Position numbers and translations under genes: made by a program. From IMG/VR virus record IMGVR_UViG_3300008107_000013: a stretch of 64,000 nucleotides of DNA; one strand, written 5' to 3'. A model generated the notes under the pieces. The model did not search any database and was not told the DNA's origin. It saw only the letters and a list, made by a program, of their open reading frames with translations. Positions 18,086 through 30,200 of the stretch are shown one piece after another; the stretch's first letter is position 1, and the number at the start of each line of letters is the position of its first letter. This DNA comes from an uncultured virus (IMG/VR IMGVR_UViG_3300008107_000013). Its lineage: Duplodnaviria > Heunggongvirae > Uroviricota > Caudoviricetes.

Positions 18086-18294
18086 TATTTCTTATCTACT
18101 AAGTTAGTTAATAATCTTTTTATTTCGTTTAGATCCGCACCCATATTGTTTACCTTATTCTCTAATTCTATTAACTTTTTGTTTTGATCTCGAGCCTTTA
18201 TAAATTCCTCAAATTCTTTATTATTTGTATTTATTAGAGCTTTAGAAAATGGATCTCTAAAAAAATTACCTTCACTATCTTCTATACCGAACAT
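18085..18294 (-). CDS. Small conserved coiled-coil protein
   Basis: RDP.SKALINTN..DLNEIK.LL motif typical of the gene following VrlC/DUF4815-like genes in T4-like phages. Confidence 0.65.
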   Translation of the reverse strand: MFGIEDSEGNFFRDPFSKALINTNNKEFEEFIKARDQNKKLIELENKVNNMGADLNEIKRLLTNLVDKK

Positions 18295-20486
18295 GCAATT
18301 CCTCTGATATCATATACTATAGGAGAAAAATATGTATCGTCAGCTCTTAGAACAACCTTTAATTGGAAAGAATTGTAGCCGTCAAAAGTAGCATTTTGAT
18401 AATTATAGTACCTTAAGATTTCACTACGTGTAATATTTTTAAACGCACTATTTTTATACACAACTTTTTCTGCTACTAGCCCTGTTGTAACAAAGGGAGC
18501 ATAAACAGTATTAGCAACATTTAGTGCTTTATCTATAGTAAATGATGTTGAGTTGGACGAAGTAACAACAGCAATTAGAGAATTATTTGGTGTAGATGTG
18601 TTGTATATTCTTACTAAATCTGTATTGGCAATCTCAGTATCCACTACAGTACTTGACTCACTAACAAAAGAACTGTTACCATCTACTCCAGTAAATGTTC
18701 CGGTTAGTTTGGAACCGGCGGTAAGAGATGCTGAATCGTCAACTGGAAAATTAGGAACTCTATATTCTAGTGTAACGACATCGGTCTTGTTGTCCAGGCT
18801 GCTGTAAAGAATAGTAGGAGAAACACTTTCAAGTTTAGACCAATTTTTACTATCAAATGATTCAGGATCTTGATTATTATAAAATTTTGCATATACGTCA
18901 ATGTAAGAGCCGTACGGGCGATATGCGTTCAAAAATACAATCATATCTTCTGCTGTTTGTTTACTTTCTAATGCTACGAACCGGCCGACATACTTAGACT
19001 TAGCAAGCCCACCGTTAAACACATGCTCGTTTGTATTATTAGCATCTATAATTCTTCTGTCCACACTAAAGATCAAATTTTCTTCTTCTACTACCGGAGT
19101 TACAAACTCGTTTTCTGTGGATAGATTAATTAAAAAATTAACTGACTTTCCATTTAAAAGAGAACTAGAACCTGTAGTAACCTCATCAGTTCTAGAATGT
19201 AACATAGCTCCAAATCGATTAAAGATATGTTTGTCAAATAATGTTACATTATATGCTGTATCAATAGTATTATACGTACTGTTAGCTAATTTAATAAAAA
19301 CATTTGCTGTGGTTCCTGGTGGGGTATCCATAATAAAATTAGGCTCAAAAACGTTAATAGGGTAGCTAGCTATATCGCCTGGTTTAACAGAAGCACCCGA
19401 TATTACACCTATAACCGTATTAACAGTTGCGTTAGGATTAAAGTTAAAAGTTGAATTAGCAGTTGAAGCAATTAATACTAATGTGTTGGCGGTAGGAGAG
19501 TAATCCCATACCTTAGCTAACGGCGCTTTCATATATTTTGCTACTGCATTTGTAAACGGTGCATTAAAGTCTAACCGCATTACCGTATCAGAAGTAATTG
19601 CTGTAATTTTTCTAACAGAATTAGTTGTACCAGAGTTTAAAACAATTAAATCGTTTACTGTAAACGTTGTAAGAAATGTAGTGCCAGAGCCAGTTATTGA
19701 ATTTGATTGTGACGATGTAGAGACAGTCTGAGCTGCTGGGTAGCCAGTGTTAGCAAAGACATACTCACCGCCTATGAAATTCCCGGTCTTATTAGCTCCA
19801 TCATACGAAATAATTTCAAAGTTTCTATTTACAGCGCTTATTGTTTTAGATGTAGTATTAAATCTAGCAATATTAAGTTTAAATTTTAAATCAGTATCAG
19901 AACTAGGACCAGACAAAAGACCGTTAGTCAAATAGAAAAAATGTCCGTCGTACGCCCCCCTCGCCACTCCTGTTGTAGATACGAATTCGGACACTTCTGT
20001 AAATGTCTCACCTATCTTATTTCTCCACAATGTAAACGCAGCATCAGACCCATCAAATTTAATTACAAAAGCATAAGTTGTTTGAGTATTGACTTGGACG
20101 GGATATTTAAAGGTAAATTTTGTTGATGTACTTCCATCTTCACTTGATGTAATATCATCAAACTCTACTCTTGATCGTCCAAAATTTAAATGTTTTGAAG
20201 TATCTGGTACGTGAATTTGATTTTCTATTTTAGTTGGAACAATAAAAACAGATACTCCGGGCTTGGAAAGCTGCGATGTAGATTTAGTAGTATTTAATTT
20301 TGCATTATTTCCGTACACAAGAGCTGAAGAGGCCAATCCTAATTTTTCATCGTATGGCTTTGTAAAGAAATAAAGCTCGACACTTGAAATAAAGACCTGG
20401 GTGGCTCCTTTAACTGCAGCAGCATCTACGTAGAATGTTTGTGCAAGATCACCAATTATAGGCGTATTATTAAATTTGACTGCCAT
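18282..20486 (-). CDS. Virion structural protein (C-terminal part of DUF4815/VrlC-like baseplate protein)
   Basis: LAQTFYV..FISSVELYF..K, DLKFKLNIARF, SKYV.R.V.L, FQLKVVL..DIRGIA. Confidence 0.7.
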   Translation of the reverse strand: MAVKFNNTPIIGDLAQTFYVDAAAVKGATQVFISSVELYFFTKPYDEKLGLASSALVYGNNAKLNTTKSTSQLSKPGVSVFIVPTKIENQIHVPDTSKHLNFGRSRVEFDDITSSEDGSTSTKFTFKYPVQVNTQTTYAFVIKFDGSDAAFTLWRNKIGETFTEVSEFVSTTGVARGAYDGHFFYLTNGLLSGPSSDTDLKFKLNIARFNTTSKTISAVNRNFEIISYDGANKTGNFIGGEYVFANTGYPAAQTVSTSSQSNSITGSGTTFLTTFTVNDLIVLNSGTTNSVRKITAITSDTVMRLDFNAPFTNAVAKYMKAPLAKVWDYSPTANTLVLIASTANSTFNFNPNATVNTVIGVISGASVKPGDIASYPINVFEPNFIMDTPPGTTANVFIKLANSTYNTIDTAYNVTLFDKHIFNRFGAMLHSRTDEVTTGSSSLLNGKSVNFLINLSTENEFVTPVVEEENLIFSVDRRIIDANNTNEHVFNGGLAKSKYVGRFVALESKQTAEDMIVFLNAYRPYGSYIDVYAKFYNNQDPESFDSKNWSKLESVSPTILYSSLDNKTDVVTLEYRVPNFPVDDSASLTAGSKLTGTFTGVDGNSSFVSESSTVVDTEIANTDLVRIYNTSTPNNSLIAVVTSSNSTSFTIDKALNVANTVYAPFVTTGLVAEKVVYKNSAFKNITRSEILRYYNYQNATFDGYNSFQLKVVLRADDTYFSPIVYDIRGIACSV

Positions 20487-20496
20487 TTTTTTCCTA

Positions 20497-20967
20497 TTAT
20501 ATAATAGTTAATTTTCTTGTACCGACGTTCTCTTTACTACCACTATAATTTCTAATATCACTAAACACTATATCAAACGCCTTTTTAACGGTTACTTCCG
20601 CATAACATCTAGATATATCTTTAAAATTAGAAGGTAGGTTATTAGCAGATATACTTGATTTATCAACCACTACTAATTTTTTATCACCAATATCATTATT
20701 TAGTGTAGAAATAAACTGAGATTCTGGCTTATTGATAAGTTCATCATATGAATCTTTTATGTAAAAAACAAATCTTGCTTGACCACTTTTATCTGTAATA
20801 ATCGCATCGCCTATTTTACCGTTACGGGGTTCTAAGCTTGTATTAGCAACTAATGTATTATCGTAATAGACATTTAATGCCGTGTCAACGTTAAGCCCGT
20901 TTACTTTAATGTCAAATCCTTGATTAACGGCTTGAGTAATTGTTTTAATGGTATTTTCTGTTGACAC
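20497..20967 (-). CDS. Structural protein (middle part of DUF4815-like block)
   Basis: V.GL..DT.L.VYYD..IITDKSG.A.F.F motif; position between the two larger parts. Confidence 0.55.
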   Translation of the reverse strand: MSTENTIKTITQAVNQGFDIKVNGLNVDTALNVYYDNTLVANTSLEPRNGKIGDAIITDKSGQARFVFYIKDSYDELINKPESQFISTLNNDIGDKKLVVVDKSSISANNLPSNFKDISRCYAEVTVKKAFDIVFSDIRNYSGSKENVGTRKLTII

Positions 20968-21009
20968 TTTTTATCCTGTTTAGTTAGCGGTTATCTCAAA
21001 TTCTATTAA

Positions 21010-24000
21010 TTAGCGACGGTTGTAACCAAGTGGGTATAGCGGTTTATTTATGTACCCATATGTTTTTATTGATAGAGCATTTTGTTTTTGCGATCTGCCG
21101 CCTGTTGGATTTAAAGGATTTACCCATTTCATTGGTACTGTTTTTCGTTTACCTGAAGCGGTAGGTACCGGTGTTGGTGACGGATCAGCGGGTGTAGGTG
21201 CCGGTGTTACAACTACTGGTTGCGGCTCGGGAGGTGGTACTATCATATCAGTAACTTGAGTTTCTACTTCTAACAACATTTTAAATGTAGTGGGTAATAT
21301 CTCAATATCACCAACAAATTTTACTGGCTGTGCTGTAGTAGTAATTGCTGATGTTTGTTTGGCCTGGTTAATAAGAGTATACTCGGAGTCAATTTCTAAT
21401 GTGGCAATTGCTTCTCCAAAAGTAACAACCCCTGGCTCGTTTTGCACGCTTCCTTCTATAAGGCTTAAGCAGTCAGATGTAGTTGTATCGCTGTAGTTAA
21501 AGCGAGCTTGGAAGTTAATAGATGCAGTAAAGGGATGTAATGCTCCTTCGTTTTGATCAATATAACACCTGTACTCAGGATGTGAGGTATCACTAAACGT
21601 ATAGTCAGTAAAGCTGTCAACAAAAATTGAGTTTTTAAACCTTTGCCCTCCATTACTACTTATTAAAGAGATGTCTAGAGTCTCTCTCTCTTGCAAGGAT
21701 AAAACAGCTTTCTCTACTGTTCTAAGTCTTCTATCCAACTCGGCAATATCTTCCATTGTGTAACCTCTTGGTTGCACAATCTCATTAGAGATGCTGGTTT
21801 CCGCAGCTATAGTATATTGCCCAAGTTTTGTAAATTTCTGAAGATCGTTACCGGTTCTAGTAATGGTAAAATCAAGATAATTTTTAGAGAGACCGAGAGG
21901 CAAGCTTGGATATGGAGGTACAATAATAGTACCTATATTAATAACCCCAGCTGGTAGTGGTGGTGCGGTAAATACGTCAGATGGGACACCTTCTATAAGT
22001 CTTATTGTACCATTCTTATCTAAAATAATTCTATCTGTTCGGGTTTGATAATATGAGGTATTATATTCCAACAGACTGTTAGGCTCGGGAAAGAGCTTAT
22101 CCTGAGTGTTTAGATTAATTGTGTTAGCTGGATTAATAGATGCGCTTGCTAGGGTACTAGTTACGGTAGCCGTTAACATAACACGAGGCCTGAAATCTAA
22201 AGAATCTCTCAAATCAAATATTGGACCAGCAAGTGTAATAATTTCTGGTATTTCCATTATATTGATACTAGTGTTACCAAGTGAAGTTCGGTTTGAATTA
22301 TTTGATGCAACTACATATGATTCTACTGAAAAGTATCCTGCTGAAGTTGGCGAGCTAATTCCAAAGCTATCTAATTCTACTAACAGCCAGTCAGTATTTG
22401 CAAGTGTAAGTCCGGTGCTTGTCTCTATTCTAAGATGTGAGTGGCCGTAATAATCTTGATGCTGGGCTGTATCAAGAGTGAAATATCGAGTCACATCTGT
22501 ACTTCCAGTATTAACACTTGATGATGAATCTTTATAAACAGCGTTTAGTCTAAACGCATCAGGAATTCCTAGACACCAAGGACCTGTTGTACCCGCAACG
22601 TTATTAGATAAACTCAGCTTAACAAGTACACCCCTATTAATAGTTTTAGTTTGTTCCTGCGAGTCAACTTTTTTAACAGTATATGTTGTATAAGCTGCTA
22701 CAGAGGAAGCAAGTGTGATTAGCCCTGTACCATCTCCTAAATCAATAATTAGAGTTTTTGCATTACCATTTAAGTTAGCTGATACTCTATTATCGTCAAG
22801 CGGAATGGGAACAAAAGCAGGAAAATGTCTTGCAATAACACCATCAACTACTCCCGCATATGTCCAAGTATTAGCGAGAGTTAATTTACCGGATGACTCA
22901 ATACTCTTAACTGTGCTAAACATTGTTTGTGCTGTGTTTGCGGCACTATAAAGTTTTATATAATCACCAACTTCAAACGGTGCGGCTAGACCTGTACCGT
23001 TAAGCGTAGCATTGCTTGTATTAGTAACAATGTTAATAATAGTATTGGTACTAGTTGAATTTGCTTTAGGTATAAGAATAATATCTCTACGCTGTACGGC
23101 AGACAATGTAACGTTATTACCGTACGGAAATTCATCAGAGGAAGTAATAGTTACTGTACCAGTAGTACTAATACTAACAGAGTTATTAGTAGTTCTAATT
23201 CTATAGTTAACGTTGTTTGCGTTTCTAGCTGCTTTTGCACCTGTTCCATAAACAAGGCCTGTGGTAAGGGTTTCATTTAAAAGAGCTACATCTTCTCCTG
23301 AGTTAGGATCATCAGAAAGAATTATATCACATATACCAAAATTTGCACCGTCAGTAAAATACATACTTCTAGTTTGAGTAAATGATTTGCCTTGATTCAT
23401 TCGAATATCAAATAGATACATTCTATATCGAGCTGCTGATGTGCCTGCTATTCCTGACTCAAACATTACTGATCTTACTCGCGCTGTACCAATTGAGTTG
23501 CCAACAGGAGTAATAACTGTGGCTTTTGTCGTTACGAACTGCTTTGCGGTATCATATAAAGACACTGTTGTTCCCGTAACGTGATCAAAATATCCGGCAT
23601 ACTCATTTACATTTACATAATTACCGTAGTTAAAACTCGTAGCTTGATTAGAGAGAACTTTAAAATCAACAGCTCTTCTTAAATTTAATCTTGTATTACC
23701 TTCTATCTCTACCCTCTTTCCTCCAATGTATGCTAGACCGGGATCGACAATAATATCTACTGAATTATTACTATAATTATATTTTTCAGTAGTAGAGATA
23801 ATAAATGGATCGGTAACAAAGTTACCATTTGTTTCATCCGTTCTTCTTTCAAATTCTTGACCAAGAACATTATACTGTGATGTTTTATATTGTTTGTATG
23901 CTGCGCCTTCTCTAAATTCAACTAACGGGAAGAATGAGTTATTACCGCTAGCATCAGTGGTGTTAGCAACGGCAAGAGTAGGAGAGAGTTTAAGTCTGTT

Positions 24001-25251
24001 TGCCCCAGGTGCGTTTTCGTTTGGAGCACCGAGGGAATTATCTAATAGAGTAATATCTACTGCACTGTTTACTATAGACTCATTAGTAACAAATCCTACC
24101 GTTACATTATGAACATTGCTCGAGTACGCATTAACAATTATTGTTTGCGGATCTACTTGAATAAAGTAGCCTTTCTGATATATCACTCCACTCGATACTG
24201 AAAAGGCGTACCCATTTCCTACCGGTGTTGTAGTGCCCCCGGTAAGAGTACTTCCTCCAACAGTTACTTTTGCTTTGTAATTAACTGGTGTTATATCAAG
24301 CACAGAAACTGTACCTGTAGAAGATTTAATATTAACGTATGGGAGAACTTGATATCCGCTGCCCCCGCTAGTAATAGAAAAATCAGTAACAACACCGTTT
24401 GTATCTGTAGTAACAGTAGCAGTGGCACCCGCACCTATAATTGCAACAACGTTAGCAGAGTTAGCACCTTGAAGTAAAGAGTACCCTGTAGAAATACTCC
24501 ATTTAGCGGCAGTAAGTGAAGCATTGGAAAGGTCAGAAATAATAGGCCTTACTTTAAGGATCTTATAACCTTCTGTATTACTATACTGCGTACCATTAAT
24601 TGTAATCGTACCAAAAGTAGTGTTAGACTCGATAACGTACACGTTAGCAGTGTTACTAGAGACAGTTTGCGATACACTTCCTACCGCAACGTTACTGCTC
24701 TTGACCAGCAACGGGCTAATAATAACAGCTGTGTCATTGTTAGAAAAGCTCTGTGCACCATTTGTAATAGTAAAATCAAACAAGCTGTAGTTATCACTGT
24801 AGATAGTAAGAACATCGTCGTTTGAAAATGAGGATAATTCGTATGTGTCACCAGAATTAATGTAGCGAAGATATAGATAGTTTGTTTCAGGGTCTAGTGA
24901 TTCAAATCCATCTTTATAGTTAACAATTTGAGCTATGACATTACTACTATTTTTAGCCATCAGGTTAACATAATCGCTCGGGACGGCTGGTATACCCCCA
25001 ACTTGAGTGTCAAGTATTTTAACAAAATCATATTTTGGAATAAACTCAAAGTTTACCCCTTCAACAATTGTACCGTTTTTAAAAACGTGATTAGCAAACC
25101 TCTCTATTTGTTGTTGAGAAAGGTTTTGTATATCTAAAAGTTCTCTATTTTGAAGAGCAACCCCAGGCCGAAACAAAATTTTATGATAATTTGCATCACT
25201 GTCAAAGTTATCGTAATAGGGTGCAACGTTTAAATTAGTTTCTATTGCCAT
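21010..25251 (-). CDS. DUF4815/VrlC-like large baseplate structural protein
   Basis: TNLNVAPYYDNF..YHKILFRPG.A.Q.REL, APGANRLK, RRT.ETNGNF, YTMEDIA.L..R, RFKN.IFVD.F. Confidence 0.85.
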   Translation of the reverse strand: MAIETNLNVAPYYDNFDSDANYHKILFRPGVALQNRELLDIQNLSQQQIERFANHVFKNGTIVEGVNFEFIPKYDFVKILDTQVGGIPAVPSDYVNLMAKNSSNVIAQIVNYKDGFESLDPETNYLYLRYINSGDTYELSSFSNDDVLTIYSDNYSLFDFTITNGAQSFSNNDTAVIISPLLVKSSNVAVGSVSQTVSSNTANVYVIESNTTFGTITINGTQYSNTEGYKILKVRPIISDLSNASLTAAKWSISTGYSLLQGANSANVVAIIGAGATATVTTDTNGVVTDFSITSGGSGYQVLPYVNIKSSTGTVSVLDITPVNYKAKVTVGGSTLTGGTTTPVGNGYAFSVSSGVIYQKGYFIQVDPQTIIVNAYSSNVHNVTVGFVTNESIVNSAVDITLLDNSLGAPNENAPGANRLKLSPTLAVANTTDASGNNSFFPLVEFREGAAYKQYKTSQYNVLGQEFERRTDETNGNFVTDPFIISTTEKYNYSNNSVDIIVDPGLAYIGGKRVEIEGNTRLNLRRAVDFKVLSNQATSFNYGNYVNVNEYAGYFDHVTGTTVSLYDTAKQFVTTKATVITPVGNSIGTARVRSVMFESGIAGTSAARYRMYLFDIRMNQGKSFTQTRSMYFTDGANFGICDIILSDDPNSGEDVALLNETLTTGLVYGTGAKAARNANNVNYRIRTTNNSVSISTTGTVTITSSDEFPYGNNVTLSAVQRRDIILIPKANSTSTNTIINIVTNTSNATLNGTGLAAPFEVGDYIKLYSAANTAQTMFSTVKSIESSGKLTLANTWTYAGVVDGVIARHFPAFVPIPLDDNRVSANLNGNAKTLIIDLGDGTGLITLASSVAAYTTYTVKKVDSQEQTKTINRGVLVKLSLSNNVAGTTGPWCLGIPDAFRLNAVYKDSSSSVNTGSTDVTRYFTLDTAQHQDYYGHSHLRIETSTGLTLANTDWLLVELDSFGISSPTSAGYFSVESYVVASNNSNRTSLGNTSINIMEIPEIITLAGPIFDLRDSLDFRPRVMLTATVTSTLASASINPANTINLNTQDKLFPEPNSLLEYNTSYYQTRTDRIILDKNGTIRLIEGVPSDVFTAPPLPAGVINIGTIIVPPYPSLPLGLSKNYLDFTITRTGNDLQKFTKLGQYTIAAETSISNEIVQPRGYTMEDIAELDRRLRTVEKAVLSLQERETLDISLISSNGGQRFKNSIFVDSFTDYTFSDTSHPEYRCYIDQNEGALHPFTASINFQARFNYSDTTTSDCLSLIEGSVQNEPGVVTFGEAIATLEIDSEYTLINQAKQTSAITTTAQPVKFVGDIEILPTTFKMLLEVETQVTDMIVPPPEPQPVVVTPAPTPADPSPTPVPTASGKRKTVPMKWVNPLNPTGGRSQKQNALSIKTYGYINKPLYPLGYNRR

Positions 25252-25266
25252 TGTTCTTTTGACCTA

Positions 25267-27285
25267 CTAAAAGTTTAATATAGTTCTAATAGTTTCAGTC
25301 TGACTATTACTTCTTGAGACAGCTGCTCTATTTTCTATGTATATGATTTCTCCAGTACCTTTTACAATATCAGGAGAGTATTTAACAGTGCCTAGTATAT
25401 ATGTCTGTGCGTTTGAAGTGCTTGAAACTAAAGGAGTAGCAACATCGGCATTTATTACTCCTTTTTCAGACGTTAAGAAAACATACGTTGCATTACTTGA
25501 ATGAAAGTAAGCATTGCTTAATGCCTGTGATTGTTGAAATACTAGAGTGTCTTCTGCTATAGTTCCGGTGTTGGAAGTGTAGGATATTCTGGTCCTATTA
25601 TCAAACGTGTTCCAACTATTATAATTTTTACCGGTAACATTTATTGCGGTTACGTTTGCCCACGCCCCGGTAGTACCTCCTATAATTCGTTTACCCACTT
25701 TAAATTTTGGTTCTACTGATGTAGCGGTAAGGTATGGTAGAGAATTACCTGATCGCGTACCTTCAGCTATTATTGAGGCGTATGCGATTACACCATTAAG
25801 CGTTGTAAATGGTAAACTAGATGAAACGGTTAAGTGTTCGTTGTTTGTAATAGAGGATACTTCACCGATATAGGTAAAAGACAGAACAGGGTCATTAATA
25901 ATTAATTTATCGCCTACTTTAAAAGCTTCTTCAAATTCAGTAAGCGTACCTATTACTTCGTTGTTTGAAGATGTTACTTCTACCGATCCGCGAAGGTATT
26001 TGTAATCTACTTGATATAATTTTTCTGTACCTAGAAAACTACCTTGTGCGTCTTCTAGAGTAAAGGTAACATCGTTAAATTTTGGATCTCTTAGAATATA
26101 AGTTGCTCTGAAATCGTTTTCAGTAGAAACGAAGCCGTTTTCTGTATTACTAAGCTTAACACTTATTCCAACTGATGTTGCACCTAGTTCAGATTTAGCA
26201 TCCGTGCCGTGACCACCTTTAGGAGGTATAACTACTCTTAAGGAAACATTTGCGCTATACCCACCAGTATTACCGGATACTGTAGCCGTCGCATACGTAT
26301 AATTTGATCCTCTATCTATTATTCTTACTTTTGAAATAAAGAAGCTGGCTGTTGCGTTAGAAGAAATCTCGCAATACCCAGACGCGCCTGATCCATCTCC
26401 TGAAAAATTAACGGTAGGAGATACAATATAGGTAGCGTCAGTATTAGGAGCTGTAGTAAATGCGCTATTAACAGTAACAACTCTGCTACTAGAATTATAA
26501 TTTACAATCTTTCTTATTTGTCCAGCACCTACTCCTGAATCAATGTAAAGTGAGGAGCCGACATAGAAATCTGAATTTGATGAGGCGTTAGCGTTCAGTC
26601 TATACGTTACATTGTTACCGGTTATAGTAGGAATATTATCTCTTAAATCATCAGAAATAAATGTTCCAGTAAGAGTAGAATAAAAATTAGCACCGGGAGA
26701 GGAAATAATTACAGTATCAATAGCTCCTGCAACTGTATTACCAGCAACGTTTGCGCTAGTAACAACAGGCATATAATCTGTTGTTGCAAACTTTTCAAAA
26801 TCACTATCGCTCATTTTATACATTAGTTTCCATTTATAACCGTCACCGGTGGTTATAAAATTACAAGCGCTTTCGGAAGTGTCTGATGGCTGCACAGTAG
26901 ATCGAGCACCGCCGTTATTGTCTAGAACTTTGTAGACATAGTAAATAGATCCGGCATCAACGGCTACGTAAAAATTACTATCTAATAAATCTGTATCAGT
27001 ATCATCATACAAAGCATAAACAGTATTAGCAACCCAGTCATATCTCTTTGTCATTATGGAAACATCGGTAGCAGCTATCTTTTTACCAAACACTATTTGT
27101 TGATATGGATCAATTAATGTTTCTGATGTTGTATCGTATGGTACAGGTACTACAGAATCGTTACCGGAGTAGGGTGTGTGCTTGCCGGTTGCAAGATAGT
27201 AAATGTTATTTGCAGGTTCAACGAACGATTCTATAAATTGTTCGGCAAGATGTGTTCTAAATTTTTTAGTTACTAAATTTGTCAT
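25267..27285 (-). CDS. gp8: Baseplate wedge subunit gp8-like
   Basis: R.DW...VY..YDD, VYKVLDN, T.DGYKWK.MY, F.TTDYMPV, PPKGGHG.D..ELG, GEIIYIENR..R...QTE. Confidence 0.85.
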   Translation of the reverse strand: MTNLVTKKFRTHLAEQFIESFVEPANNIYYLATGKHTPYSGNDSVVPVPYDTTSETLIDPYQQIVFGKKIAATDVSIMTKRYDWVANTVYALYDDTDTDLLDSNFYVAVDAGSIYYVYKVLDNNGGARSTVQPSDTSESACNFITTGDGYKWKLMYKMSDSDFEKFATTDYMPVVTSANVAGNTVAGAIDTVIISSPGANFYSTLTGTFISDDLRDNIPTITGNNVTYRLNANASSNSDFYVGSSLYIDSGVGAGQIRKIVNYNSSSRVVTVNSAFTTAPNTDATYIVSPTVNFSGDGSGASGYCEISSNATASFFISKVRIIDRGSNYTYATATVSGNTGGYSANVSLRVVIPPKGGHGTDAKSELGATSVGISVKLSNTENGFVSTENDFRATYILRDPKFNDVTFTLEDAQGSFLGTEKLYQVDYKYLRGSVEVTSSNNEVIGTLTEFEEAFKVGDKLIINDPVLSFTYIGEVSSITNNEHLTVSSSLPFTTLNGVIAYASIIAEGTRSGNSLPYLTATSVEPKFKVGKRIIGGTTGAWANVTAINVTGKNYNSWNTFDNRTRISYTSNTGTIAEDTLVFQQSQALSNAYFHSSNATYVFLTSEKGVINADVATPLVSSTSNAQTYILGTVKYSPDIVKGTGEIIYIENRAAVSRSNSQTETIRTILNF

Positions 27286-30200
27286 GATATCTCGATAGAT
27301 GATGGTTCAACTGTAATCTGTACGTTAGAGGTAGAAACAAATTTAATTCCTCCAATCATGTTTGTGCCGGCGATGTGTAGTACTTCTTTAAGCATATCAC
27401 CGTACCTCTCAAATGAAAGCTCGGAGTTAATTACATACGAATAATCTTGGTAATATAGTCCGTCGTAAATATATTTATTGTTGCTTAAAAAGCCTTTTGT
27501 ATCTTTATAGTATGGAATGCCGGTACCCTGATTATTAGAAGTAAGTTTAATGGTTGCTTCCCTAAGCCCGTCTAACGACCTAATTGTAGAAATTTCTTGA
27601 TCTATATGACCAAACCCTGAGTTCTTTATAGACACATTAGAAATACCCCCAGAAGCAGCCACTACGTTTGAAGATAGTATAGCGTTGAATCCGGCAACGT
27701 TAGATGTAGTGTCGGGGTATGCAAACGTAATAGAGGCGTTAGCACCAGAAGTTTTACCGATTAGATTATTAGATGTAGTAGGGGCAAACTCAGTAAATAA
27801 ACTTAATCTTTTTACTGTTAAGGTATTATTTGACTTGCTTAGAACTCTACCTTTAGCAAGAGCGGAAGAAGTATAAGCATTAAAATCAGTAATAAAAGAT
27901 TCACCTTTTGTTGTTGTTCCAAACAGCTTGTACGAATAAGCGTTACTATATCTTGCTTCTGATACTATGGCATAGCCCCCGTCAGTGTTATATACTTCAT
28001 TGACCGGAGAGCCGCCGTTATTAGAAGTTATAAATGTACCGTTAGCAGTTGTGGGATCTACAACAATAAGTGAGGAATTACTTGCAATAATGGTACCATT
28101 TGCAAATTGCGGTGATCCTTGCAGAATTCTTTCACCGGGATCAAAGAGTGTATTATTATCTACAAAAAGAAAGATAGCGTTTGCAGTGTTTTGTATTGCA
28201 TTACCGAAGTCGTTTGTTTTAGGAGCAATAACCGTTATCTGAGTATTAGTAGCTGATTCAAGGGTAGTGGAGACTACGGTACCTTCTGCGGTTACATTTA
28301 CTCCATCTGTTACGTAAACATTTTCACCGACAGCGTATAAGTTAGCCGTATTACCAGAAAAATTATTACTGTACACTTCAAACGCAGGAGTAGAAATAGT
28401 TTGTTCTATAGATTCACCGACGCTAAACGCACCATTTTGATTACCCAATCCAATTGTAATATTATACTTTCCGTAGCTTGCTACGTCGTCTTCTAAAGCT
28501 AAAACAAAGGGTGGGGTGTTGTAATTCTCTCCCGGGTTAACCCCAGATAGAGTTGCTATAGAGCCAATGGTTTTGTTTTCAAATCTAAGTAAGGAAAAAA
28601 TAGGAAACGATGCGTCACCAAATTCCTCTTTTACAAAACCATATGAGAACATTGAGTACAGGTTTGCACCAGTTCCTATAGGAGTACCTCCTGTACTGTT
28701 AGAAACAGATACGACTGGATTAGATGTAAGATTAGCACCGGTGTTAGCAGCTACGTTTACTAATACTATGGTTCCGCTTCCATCCGTAATTAACGAACCA
28801 TTTGCGGGTAAATAGCCTCCTGTGCCAAATGTACCAGTGTAGGTTATTTTATCAGTATTAGAGTATCCTGATCCACCGCTAACGAGAAGAACGTCTGATA
28901 TAGTTTTGTAGCCTGCACCGTTACCTAATAGACCTATGCCGTCAAAGCGTATAGAATTATCGTTGTTGCTATAAAATCTATCTGGGCTTACCCTTACAAC
29001 CTCTGGATCTACTATAGAACCTACTTTAAGTGTGGCTCCCTGGCCTGTAGAAATTGAGGTTACATTAGCATATGAGTTGCTGGATAGCCCTACAATAAAG
29101 TTCCCGTTAGTACTATAAAAAGTATTATTAACCGATATGATACCTATAGAGGTAGCATTAGTTCCAATTACATTACCAGTGGCGGTAATATCAGAAGATG
29201 TGGTAGCTTTACCCGATACATATCCTACTGTTACTGGTAAAGTATTAGGACCAGAAATAGAACCTTTTACATAGCCAGAGAGATCCCATGGTGCACCTTC
29301 TAAGTTTATAACTTTTATTAGCTTAGTAGTATACACTGTATTAGGAGTAGCAGTAGTAATCTGTGTAAGATTTGATGTGTTACCGTAAGCAGTTATTATA
29401 CTGGTACCATCAAACGTTCCCGATATACTCCCTATTACAATATGATTAACGTTTGCTGGATTAAAGTTTGCATTGGCCGATACTGCAACAATAAATCCGT
29501 TTGCAGCAGACGTGTTTTGTTTAACAAATTGACCAACACTAAATCCATTTGTTCCTATTGTCCCGGGAGTAACAGCAAGAGTAATAGTATTAGAGATAGT
29601 AGAGATAGTGCCTATCGAAATAGTAGCGGTGCTGTTAGCTTGAAATACCGACTCTCCTTCTATAAAAGAGTTGGATGTTAATGCTAGTAAAATTTCTTGC
29701 GAGTCGTAGAGAAAGGAATTAGAAAGTATGTTACCTGAATTAGTATTTACCCGAATAACTGCTGTTAATGTTTCAGGATCATATGTTGAATAAACTATAA
29801 TACCAGAATTACCGGCTGGTGTTTTTACCGTATCTCCTACGACGAAACTTGCGCTTACATTACTAAGAGATATGCTGTGTAGGTTTTGTTGTACTCTTTC
29901 AAACTGTGTAAATTTAGTAACGCTTGTATCAGTGTTAATAATATTTGCAAGAAACAGTACTTTAGTAGATACAATAAGGCTTGTATTAGTAGAGTATCCC
30001 CATCCAGACTCAACTATTCTAAATTCAACTACTCCAGTTTGAAGGTCTACCCCTGTAATAACGGCTGTTCCTTCTACACCTCTATCAGAAATAATACTTA
30101 CTTCTTCACCTACAGTAAATCCTACTCCAGGTACAGTAACAATACCAGAATTTAAAGAGCCATAAACTTCAGGGGCGTTTCTTAATATTCCATCATCAGT

